Shown: in pieces, positions 56,422 to 64,000 of the stretch | How positions within the stretch are numbered: position 1 is the stretch's first letter | Layout of the letters: each line of letters opens with the position of its first letter | DNA from: Chitinophagaceae bacterium | Lineage (GTDB): Bacteria; Bacteroidota; Bacteroidia; Chitinophagales; Chitinophagaceae | DNA length: 64,000 bases | Reading direction: 5' to 3' | Assembly (NCBI GenBank): GCA_013696395.1 | Contig: JACCYQ010000044.1 | Span: 620 to 64,619, forward strand | The notes under the pieces: model-generated | Told to the model about the DNA's origin: nothing | Database searches by the model: none | The model's input: only the letters and a program-made list of their open reading frames with translations | Made by a program: the position numbers and the translations under genes

Positions 56422-57295
56422 AGTTACGCTGAATATTTGCCTTTAAAGTATTTTTCATCAGTGCCGCAATGGTCATAGGGCCTACACCTCCGGGTACCGG
56501 AGTGATCCAGGCACATTTTGGTGCTACAGAATCAAAATCAACATCGCCTTTTAACCTGTAACCGGTTTTACGACTGCTATCCTGAACACGGGTAATTCCT
56601 ACATCAATAACAGTAGCTCCTTCTTTAACCATTTCGGCAGTAACATAACCAGGTTTGCCGATAGCCGCTATAATTATATCTGCACTTAAGCAGATCTCTT
56701 TTATGTTGGTGGTTTGGGAATGGCAAATGGTAACAGTGCAGTTACCAGGATTAGTATTATTACTTAATAATATACTGATAGGTCGACCTACAATGTTACT
56801 GCGACCAATGACCACGGCATGTTTGCCTTTGGTTTCAATCTTATTATATTCAAGCAATAACATAATACCATATGGTGTGGCTGAAACAAAAGCAGGCAAA
56901 CTTTGAACCATACGTCCAACACTTTCGGGATTAAAGCCATCTACATCCTTTGCGGGATCAATCGTACTGATAACAAGATCGGCCCTGATATGTTCCGGTA
57001 AAGGCAGTTGGACCAATATGCCATCCACTTCAGGATCTCCGTTAAGCTCTCTAATTTTATTTAAAAGTTCATTTTCAGATATACTTTCTTCATAACGAAT
57101 AAGTGTGGAACGAAAACCCACTTCATCACAAGCCTTAACTTTAGCTGCAACATATGTTTCACTGGCACCATTGGTACCTACCAGGATGGCTACTAAATGT
57201 GGAATGCTTTTACCAACATTGGCACGCTGAGCAATTTCTAATTTTATTTGTTCTAATATAATGGCTGATGTTTTCTTCCCATCTAAAATTTTCAT
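56414..57295 (-). CDS. folD: bifunctional methylenetetrahydrofolate dehydrogenase / methenyl-THF cyclohydrolase
   Basis: The N-terminus MKILDGKK, GRSNIVGRP and PVPGGVGPMT are present. Confidence 0.95.
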   Translation of the reverse strand: MKILDGKKTSAIILEQIKLEIAQRANVGKSIPHLVAILVGTNGASETYVAAKVKACDEVGFRSTLIRYEESISENELLNKIRELNGDPEVDGILVQLPLPEHIRADLVISTIDPAKDVDGFNPESVGRMVQSLPAFVSATPYGIMLLLEYNKIETKGKHAVVIGRSNIVGRPISILLSNNTNPGNCTVTICHSQTTNIKEICLSADIIIAAIGKPGYVTAEMVKEGATVIDVGITRVQDSSRKTGYRLKGDVDFDSVAPKCAWITPVPGGVGPMTIAALMKNTLKANIQRNYE

Positions 57296-57299
57296 GGCG

Positions 57300-57307
57300 C
57301 AAAGGTA
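57300..57307 (-). promoter_or_regulatory. candidate -7 box (TAccTTTG) for folD-queE
   Basis: The minus strand reads AAACCTACCTTTG-CGCC-ATG, so the box ends 4 nt before the ATG. Confidence 0.4.
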
Positions 57308-57392
57308 GGTTTGACAAAGGGTTCAGCGCTGCAGAAAGTAATTTTATTTTATAATAACCTGTGTTTTTTTTAAATTGTATAAAACCAGCTAA

Positions 57393-58217
57393 TTGTTTAA
57401 AAATTGCCTTATAATTAGCCTGATATGTTTTTCAGGCACTACAGCTTATACTCAAATTGCTAATGAATCTCCTGCAAGTGGATATTTTGCAATGAATAAT
57501 TTCAGTAACCAGGAACCTACAGCATTGGCAACTGCATTTAATCCTGCAGTTTTGGCAAGAATAAAAAATACAACTGCCGGTATTTTTGGTGAAAAACGCT
57601 TTTTATTAAACGAACTGGCCTTCTACCGCTTTGCCATGGCTCTCCATACTAAACCAGGAAATTTTGGGGTAAATGGCTACTATTCAGGTTCAGTTAATTT
57701 TAATAGTATTTCAATTGGAGGATCTTATGGAAGGCAGTTAGGTGATAAAGCTGATGTGGGCATTCAGTTTGATTATTCTTCTTATCAATTAAAAGGTTAT
57801 GGCAGGGCATCGTATATAAATGTACAATTGGGGAGCATATTTCATTTAAATGAGTATTTAAATGCAGGCATACACGTAAAAAATTTAGCTGGTTTTAGAT
57901 CCAATAAAAATAGTGAGCCATTAAATCCGGTATTTACAGTAGGACTGGGTTATGATGCATCTGAAAATTTTTATGCCGCTATATCTTTTCAAAAGGAAGT
58001 GGATCATCCGAATGATATAAGTGCAATGATCCGATACAAACTTCAGGAAAATATTAGTTTTAAAGGAGGTATTTCTACTTTAATCCCTGTTGCATATGGT
58101 GGAGTATCCTTTGGCATTAAAGACTTTACAATTGATTTGCTGAGTAGTTATCATCCACAATTAGGTATAACGCCAGGTTTGGCTTTGCAATATAATTTTG
58201 AACAAAAGCAGGAATGA
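57393..58217 (+). CDS. predicted outer-membrane beta-barrel protein (family unresolved, faint PorP/PorQ-like flavour)
   Basis: The TTG start is the first codon after an in-frame TAA. The signal peptide is (M)FKNCLIISLICFSGTTAYTQ. Alternating hydrophobic and aromatic beta-strand patterns are seen (GVNGYYSG, VGIQFDYSSY, FTVGLGYDA). Confidence 0.5.
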   Translation: MFKNCLIISLICFSGTTAYTQIANESPASGYFAMNNFSNQEPTALATAFNPAVLARIKNTTAGIFGEKRFLLNELAFYRFAMALHTKPGNFGVNGYYSGSVNFNSISIGGSYGRQLGDKADVGIQFDYSSYQLKGYGRASYINVQLGSIFHLNEYLNAGIHVKNLAGFRSNKNSEPLNPVFTVGLGYDASENFYAAISFQKEVDHPNDISAMIRYKLQENISFKGGISTLIPVAYGGVSFGIKDFTIDLLSSYHPQLGITPGLALQYNFEQKQE

Positions 58218-60250
58218 AAACTTTGCTTTTTATAGGATGTTTTTTTGGAGGAATATCTCCTTTGTATGCACAGGAAATTCCACCTGTAGTTGAACAGCGG
58301 TTAGAGCTAACCGTGGAAGCAGATGAAATAGAAACAGAAGATGATCTTTTTCTACAGCAACTTGAATATTATAAAAGAAATCCTATAAATATTAATACAG
58401 TCAGCTTGGATGTATTAATTAACTTAAGAATTCTCTCGCCTTTACAAATTCATCATTTTTTAAATTACAGAAAGCTATTCGGAGATATTATTTCAATATA
58501 TGAATTGCAGGCAATTCCTTTATGGGATGTAAATACAATTAATAGCATATTGCCCTATGTTACTATCCTTGATAAAGAATTCAAAAAGGAAGATTTTGCC
58601 AGTCGTTTCAGGGGTGGAGATCAATACCTGCTGGGGAGGGTTTCTCAAGTACTCGAAAAGTCACAGGGATATATAAAAACCTCAGGAAGTTATTATGAAG
58701 GTTCGCGACAACATTTGATGATGCGTTACAGGTATCGTTATAAAAACAGTTTACAATATGGTGTGGTAATGGATAAAGATGCCGGTGAATCTTTCTTTTC
58801 AAAATCTCAAAAGCAAGGATTTGATTTTTATTCTGCACACTTATTTGCCACCAAATTGGGTAAGGTGGAAGCCCTGGCAATTGGTGATTACACGGTTAAC
58901 CTGGGCCAGGGCCTGGTTCAATGGCAAAGCCTTGCTTTTAAAAAAAGTGCCGACGTAATGGGAATTAAAAGGCAATCAACTATTCTGCGTCCTTATAACT
59001 CTGCCGGAGAATTTTTTTTTAACCGGGGGGCTGGTGCAACATTAAAATTTAATAACTGGCAAGTAACTGCATTCGGATCTCTACGGAAAATGAGTGCTAA
59101 TTTTCAGTTTGATACACTGCATAATGAAGAAATGGTTTCATCTATATTAATGAGCGGCTATCATCGGACACCTTCAGAAATCAGGGGTAAAAAGCAACTC
59201 ACACAAACGAGCTTTGGGGGTAATATCAGTTTAAAAAAAGATCATTGGCATATAGGTATTAATTCTGTGAATTTTCATTTTGATCAATCTTTGCAAAAAA
59301 GAGACGAACCTTATAATTTATTTACCATTAAAGGAAATAACTGGCAGAATTATAGTGTCGATTACAGTTTTACCCGTAATAATATTCATTTTTTTGGTGA
59401 AGCAGCTATGGATAAACTTATGAACAAAGCCTATATAAATGGGTTGTTAATCAGTTTAAATACCCGCGCAGATTTTTCCCTGTTGCACCGTTCCATTTCT
59501 AAAGGATATCAATCATTAAATGGGAATGCCTTTACGGAAAATACGATGCCTGTAAATGAAAACGGTTTATATGCCGGACTTTCTTTACGGGTTTCGCAGA
59601 TTATTAAACTGGATGCTTACGCGGACTTGTTTTCATTTCCCTGGTTAAAATACCTGGCCGATGCTCCGGGGAGAGGTAAAGAATTTCTTGTGCAGTTCAC
59701 TTATTCACCCAACAAACAATTGGAAATGTATTCCAGGATTAAGTCGGAAACTAAAGAAACAAATCAAAGAGAAAATGTTTCAGTTACAAATTTTATGGTA
59801 CCGGTTTCGAAAATTAACTGGCGAATACAATTCTCTGTAAAAATAAATACAGCATTTATATTGCGTAGCAGAACCGAATTAATGTGGTTTAATAAAGGGA
59901 GGCAAGGAGAGGAGAATGGATTTTTATCCTACCTGGATTACTTATATAAGCCTATGATGAAAAGATTTGGGGGTGGTATCCGATTACAATATTTTGAAAC
60001 GGATAGTTACAACTCTCGATTATATGCATATGAAAACGATGTGTTGTACAATTTTTCTATTCCTCCTTTTTCGGGTAAGGGCTTTCGATATTATTTAAAT
60101 TTCAACTTTGATATAAATAAAATATTCTCGATTTATTTCCGCTTTGCACAAACGCAATATAAGGATGTAAATACGATTGGAACGGGTAATGATGCAATTG
60201 ATGGAAAGGCTCGTTCAGAAATTAAATTTCAACTTATTGCACGTTGGTAA
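58214..60250 (+). CDS. helix-hairpin-helix (ComEA-like) domain protein fused to a large predicted beta-barrel
   Basis: After the signal peptide MKTLLFIGCFFGGISPLYAQ come two HhH-like units, ININTVSLDVLINLRILSPLQIHHFLNYRKLFGDIISIYELQAIPLWDVNTINSILPYV. About 550 aa of aromatic-rich beta-strand sequence then ends in KFQLIARW. An ATGA overlap joins it to the upstream gene. Confidence 0.65.
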   Translation: MKTLLFIGCFFGGISPLYAQEIPPVVEQRLELTVEADEIETEDDLFLQQLEYYKRNPININTVSLDVLINLRILSPLQIHHFLNYRKLFGDIISIYELQAIPLWDVNTINSILPYVTILDKEFKKEDFASRFRGGDQYLLGRVSQVLEKSQGYIKTSGSYYEGSRQHLMMRYRYRYKNSLQYGVVMDKDAGESFFSKSQKQGFDFYSAHLFATKLGKVEALAIGDYTVNLGQGLVQWQSLAFKKSADVMGIKRQSTILRPYNSAGEFFFNRGAGATLKFNNWQVTAFGSLRKMSANFQFDTLHNEEMVSSILMSGYHRTPSEIRGKKQLTQTSFGGNISLKKDHWHIGINSVNFHFDQSLQKRDEPYNLFTIKGNNWQNYSVDYSFTRNNIHFFGEAAMDKLMNKAYINGLLISLNTRADFSLLHRSISKGYQSLNGNAFTENTMPVNENGLYAGLSLRVSQIIKLDAYADLFSFPWLKYLADAPGRGKEFLVQFTYSPNKQLEMYSRIKSETKETNQRENVSVTNFMVPVSKINWRIQFSVKINTAFILRSRTELMWFNKGRQGEENGFLSYLDYLYKPMMKRFGGGIRLQYFETDSYNSRLYAYENDVLYNFSIPPFSGKGFRYYLNFNFDINKIFSIYFRFAQTQYKDVNTIGTGNDAIDGKARSEIKFQLIARW

Positions 60251-60520
60251 AAATTATTCCTATAATTTTGGTTTTTCCTAACGTTAATGTTGAGCTTGTA
60301 ATAATCACAATTTTTGCTAAAAACTGCTTGTGAGTATGGATTACAGTATATAAAGTCCATATGATAAAAAAAATTATACAAAATTTAAAATTTTTTAAAA
60401 TTAAAATTGCGCAGCATTTAACGTAAAGTTAATGTCTATTGGTGTTGAATACCCTTTGAAGAAAAAAATAATCTCTGTTTTTATAAACCGGGAATTTTTA
60501 ACTTAAAATAGAATGTTCAC

Positions 60521-63500
60521 ATGAGAAAATTTTCCTCACTGTTTACAGTGCTTATGATGCTATGTACCATAGCATTCTCCCAAAATCGAACCGTATCGGG
60601 TCGCGTAACCGATGCTTCGGGTAATGCGGTTCCATTTGCTACGATTACTGTCAAAGGCACTACTACGGGTGTAGCTGCTGATGCTGATGGTAATTTTTCA
60701 ATCGAAGCTCCGGCGAATGCAATCTTAATTGTGTCTGCTGCGAGTTATACCGCTTCTGAAATGAATATTGGCAATCAAACAACACTTAACCTGACATTGG
60801 GGGCAGAATCTAGCCTGCAGGAAGTTGTTGTTACTGCTCTTGGTATTTCAAGGACTAAAAAATCACTGCCCTATTCATCTCAAACAGTATCTGCATCTGA
60901 ACTGAATAAGATCAGGCCGGCAGATATTTCTTCCGCTTTGGCAGGAAAAGTTTCTGGTTTACAGGTGTTAGGAACACCAAGCTCTAACTTTGGAGAAGGT
61001 AATGTGCGTATCAGGGGTGCTGCATCACTTACAGGTGCCAATCCCATATATGTAGTGGATGGTACGGTGGTTAACCTGAATTCGGTAAACCTGGATGATG
61101 TTGAAACCCTAACTGTTTTAAAGGGACCATCAGCAACAGCTATGTATGGTGTTCGTGGTTCTGGTGGTGTGGTACTTATTACTACCAAAAAAGGTAGAAA
61201 AAGAGCACCTGGTGTAACTATCAATTCCTTAACTGAAATCGGTAGTGTATCTATGTTACCTGATTATCAGAATGAGTATGGTGGCGGATATTCACAGGAT
61301 TGGGAAACTTTTGAATATAATCCGGCAGTTCATCCTGCTGAATGGGCTTCATTTGAAGGCCAAAACTTAGTAGATTATGGCGCTGATGAAAGCTGGGGAC
61401 CAAGGTTGGATGGTACTTTGCACCGTTCTGCATATAGCTGGTATCCGGGCGCTCAGTTCGGACAATTGACACCATTTTCACCAAATCCTGATAACGTTAG
61501 AGATTTCTATGAAAACACCATTCGCCTGAATAATAATATTGTATTTGAAGGAGGTGGTGATGTTGCCGTTTATCGTTTGAGTTACAATAACAGGGTAAGT
61601 ACACTCCCTTTTCCAAATACAAGAAAAGAAGATAACATATTTTCTATTCGGGGAGCAGTAAATATTTCTCCAAAATTGACTATTAGCTCGAATATTAATT
61701 ACCTGAATATTCAACAAAAAGGTGACCGTACTGAAGGTTATACTAACGACGGACAAAACATCTCTCAAAACTTTAACCAGTGGTGGCAACGCCAGAATGA
61801 TATAAACGAGTTAAAGGACTATAAAAATCCAGCTGGTGGTTTTAAAACCTGGAATATACGTAGCCCGATAGATTCCCGTCCTGCTTATTGGGATAATGTT
61901 TATTACCAGATTTATGAAAGCTATAGAAGACAATGGAACAATCGCACTTATGGTGATATTACTGTTAGCTATGATATTATTAAAGATTTAAAAGCATCAG
62001 TTATTTTCCGCACCAATGTGTTGAACTATGGTGGTGATGGCAGAATTGCCAGCGGTGGTTTGGAATTAGATCGTTATAATATTTACAACGGACAAACCGG
62101 TGAATATAACTACGAATTCTTAGCAGAATATAAAAAATCATTTGGTGATTTTGGCTGGGAACAGTTTGTAGGTGGAAATATGCGTAAAGATTTTCGCCGT
62201 GAAAATTCCGCTGCAACAGTAGGTGGGCTTTCCGTTCCTGGTTTATATAGTATAACTGCTAGTAAAGACAGACCTGCCGTTGACAATACATGGAGTGACT
62301 ATAAAATTAATTCCGTTTATGCACGGGGAATTTTTGACTACAAGAATTTCTTGTTTATAGATTATTCATTGAGGAATGACTGGTCATCGGCATTACCTGC
62401 TGATAATAACTCCTACCTGTATCCTTCAATTGGTATGAGCTTTGCCTTTACTGACTTGATAGATAATGCTGGATTTAAAAATGTTTTAAGCTTTGGTAAA
62501 ATAAGAGCGGCATATGGAAGGGTAGGTTCTGATCTAGATCCCTACCAGTTACAGGCAACTTATGGCTTAGGAACCCCTTATGGTAGTAATCCTACTATGA
62601 GTGCGCCTACTACCGTATTTGATCCCAATATTAAACCATCTTTATCCAGTGAATATGAAATAGGTACTGAATTACAGTTTTTTAGAAACCGTATCGGACT
62701 TGATTTCAGTTTATATAGAAAAGACGGTGTTGACCAGATTCTACCACTTACAACAACGCCTTCATCAGGTTCTTCCAGGGTATTTATTAATGCTGGTTTG
62801 ATCCGCAGCCAGGGTTGGGATCTGATTTTGAATACCACCCCAGTAAAAGGAAGGGATATTAGCTGGAACATTCAATTGAACCTGGCTAAAAATGAATCAG
62901 AAGTTATAGACTTGGATACCGCCCAAAATTTACGCAGTTTCCAGTTAGGTAGAGCGGCTTTTGGACCGACGGTTCAATCAAGAGTTGGAGAAAAATGGGG
63001 TACTTATATAGGACGAGTTCAGCGTTTTGATGATAAAACGGGCTTACCGGTAATTAATTCTGCTGGTGCATTTTTATCTGATCCAAATAAAAACCTGGGA
63101 TCTGCTTTACCCGATTATACCGGTGGTATCTTAACTTCTGTGGATTATAAGAATTTCTCATTCGGTGCTACTTTCTCTTTTCAGAAAGGGGGTCAATTTT
63201 TCTCAACCAGCAAATTATTCCTTTTATATTCTGGTTTGCATGAATCAACTGTTGGTTTAAATGATAAAGGAAATCCCGTTCGTGATGATCCATCTGTTGG
63301 AGGTGGGGTCCGGGTAGATGGTGTTTTAACGGATGGTACACCAACTACAGTTTACAGAGAAGCACAAAGCTATTATGGCGGTTTATTCGGTATACATAAT
63401 TTCTTTATGGAAGATGCCAGTTTCTTTAAATTAAGTGAAGCGAGAGTTAGTTATAATGTGCCTGTAAGTAACTGGACTAAAACAGTCAAAAGCTTAAATG

Positions 63501-63655
63501 TTTCTGTTTTTGCACGCAACCCATGGTTGATTTCTGCAAAAACCAAAACCTGGGGTATTGATCCTTCTGAACTGGAAAATGACAGGGCCTTCTACGAAGG
63601 TGGTCAGTTACCCCCGGTTAGAAGTTATGGTTTAAACGTTTCTGTAGGTTTTTAA
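60521..63655 (+). CDS. SusC/RagA-family TonB-dependent outer-membrane transporter
   Basis: It has a signal peptide and the CarboxypepD_reg-like stretch VSGRVTDASGNAVPFATITVKGTTTGVAADADGNFSI. The plug region reads LQEVVVTALGISRTKKSL. Length is 1044 aa and the C-terminal residue is Phe. There is no N-terminal STN/anti-sigma signalling domain. Confidence 0.9.
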   Translation: MRKFSSLFTVLMMLCTIAFSQNRTVSGRVTDASGNAVPFATITVKGTTTGVAADADGNFSIEAPANAILIVSAASYTASEMNIGNQTTLNLTLGAESSLQEVVVTALGISRTKKSLPYSSQTVSASELNKIRPADISSALAGKVSGLQVLGTPSSNFGEGNVRIRGAASLTGANPIYVVDGTVVNLNSVNLDDVETLTVLKGPSATAMYGVRGSGGVVLITTKKGRKRAPGVTINSLTEIGSVSMLPDYQNEYGGGYSQDWETFEYNPAVHPAEWASFEGQNLVDYGADESWGPRLDGTLHRSAYSWYPGAQFGQLTPFSPNPDNVRDFYENTIRLNNNIVFEGGGDVAVYRLSYNNRVSTLPFPNTRKEDNIFSIRGAVNISPKLTISSNINYLNIQQKGDRTEGYTNDGQNISQNFNQWWQRQNDINELKDYKNPAGGFKTWNIRSPIDSRPAYWDNVYYQIYESYRRQWNNRTYGDITVSYDIIKDLKASVIFRTNVLNYGGDGRIASGGLELDRYNIYNGQTGEYNYEFLAEYKKSFGDFGWEQFVGGNMRKDFRRENSAATVGGLSVPGLYSITASKDRPAVDNTWSDYKINSVYARGIFDYKNFLFIDYSLRNDWSSALPADNNSYLYPSIGMSFAFTDLIDNAGFKNVLSFGKIRAAYGRVGSDLDPYQLQATYGLGTPYGSNPTMSAPTTVFDPNIKPSLSSEYEIGTELQFFRNRIGLDFSLYRKDGVDQILPLTTTPSSGSSRVFINAGLIRSQGWDLILNTTPVKGRDISWNIQLNLAKNESEVIDLDTAQNLRSFQLGRAAFGPTVQSRVGEKWGTYIGRVQRFDDKTGLPVINSAGAFLSDPNKNLGSALPDYTGGILTSVDYKNFSFGATFSFQKGGQFFSTSKLFLLYSGLHESTVGLNDKGNPVRDDPSVGGGVRVDGVLTDGTPTTVYREAQSYYGGLFGIHNFFMEDASFFKLSEARVSYNVPVSNWTKTVKSLNVSVFARNPWLISAKTKTWGIDPSELENDRAFYEGGQLPPVRSYGLNVSVGF

Positions 63656-63674
63656 TTAAAACAAAATATTAGTT

Positions 63675-64000
63675 ATGAAAAGACAAATAATAACATTTGC
63701 AACTTTAATAGCAGTTGTTATGGGTGTAGGATTTTCAGGGTGTACCAAACTCACAGATTTTGAAGACACTAATGTTAATCCTTATGCATCTACAATTCCT
63801 GTTACACAAAATTTGTTAACCGGTGCTTTACGTTGGTTACCTGCTACAGTTAATAGTGACGTAGGTGCCATTTATGCTCAGCATATTGGTGAAGTTCAAT
63901 ACACTGATGCCAGCAGGTTTTTAGGAATAAATTTCGCTTATGACGATTTTTATCGTGGACCATTGTTGAATCTGCAAAAGATTATTGATTTTAATAGCAA
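63675..64000 (+). CDS. SusD/RagB-family lipoprotein (3' end cut by the window edge)
   Basis: My own translation gives MKRQIITFATLIAVVMGVGFSGCTKLTDFEDTNVNPYAST..., with lipobox FSGC. It starts 19 nt after susC and the frame is open to nt 64000. Confidence 0.75.
   Translation, partial: MKRQIITFATLIAVVMGVGFSGCTKLTDFEDTNVNPYASTIPVTQNLLTGALRWLPATVNSDVGAIYAQHIGEVQYTDASRFLGINFAYDDFYRGPLLNLQKIIDFNS

Noticed and set aside
60279-60435. A repeated TAACGT..TAATGT-like motif occurs in the 270-bp leader of susC.
   Set aside because: Only an 8-mer (GTTAATGT) is truly shared, and one copy needs a 5-nt insertion to align. By my rough estimate this is expected by chance in AT-rich DNA of this length.
1-64000. 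I searched for CRISPR arrays, tRNA/rRNA genes, IS elements, toxin-antitoxin pairs, restriction-modification systems and other defence systems.
   Set aside because: I saw no regularly spaced direct repeats, no tRNA-like T-arm or acceptor patterns in the intergenic regions I read, and no transposase- or nuclease-like ORFs. The only methyltransferase (21538-22296) has small-molecule or protein-type class I motifs and no adjacent restriction or specificity gene. A tRNAscan or Infernal run would be needed to exclude small RNAs formally.

Overview
This is a chromosomal segment from a member of the Bacteroidota. The assignment rests on TAnnTTTG-type -7 promoter boxes, type IX secretion (T9SS) genes (sprA and cargo with type-B C-terminal domains), a SusC/SusD pair, and the bamD-rpoZ-coaBC gene order. 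I can support about 60 protein-coding genes, and most are housekeeping. They include a 5'-truncated alpha-2-macroglobulin, an RRM RNA-binding protein, rpsF-rpsR-rplI, htpG, recJ, a polyprenyl synthase, bamD, rpoZ, coaBC and 3-oxoacid CoA-transferase A/B. The remainder includes mqnB/mqnD, two tandem PTPS/QueD-family genes plus folE, fabD, fabH, ruvA, sprA, guaB, dprA, queE and folD. I found no rRNA, tRNA, CRISPR array, integrase or transposase, and no recognisable defence or toxin system. I did not find a compelling new multi-gene system. Four places are the least ordinary. (1) An AT-rich regulatory patch at 17.9-23.4 kb holds one intramembrane-type histidine kinase and three paralogous NarL/LuxR response regulators. 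It also holds a 7-TM ORF with no usable start codon, and both orphan-regulator leaders share a 12-mer containing a perfect 10-bp palindrome. (2) An overlapping gene pair at 57.4-60.3 kb encodes a small beta-barrel-like protein and a large predicted outer-membrane barrel with an N-terminal ComEA-like helix-hairpin-helix module. (3) Two tandem, roughly 870-aa T9SS type-B cargo paralogs have no adjacent PorP/SprF-like gene. (4) Tandem PTPS paralogs sit next to folE. Several ORF-track start codons are TTG triplets inside TAnnTTTG promoter boxes, and I have moved those starts to the next ATG. All homology calls come from motifs I recognised by eye, and no database search was run.
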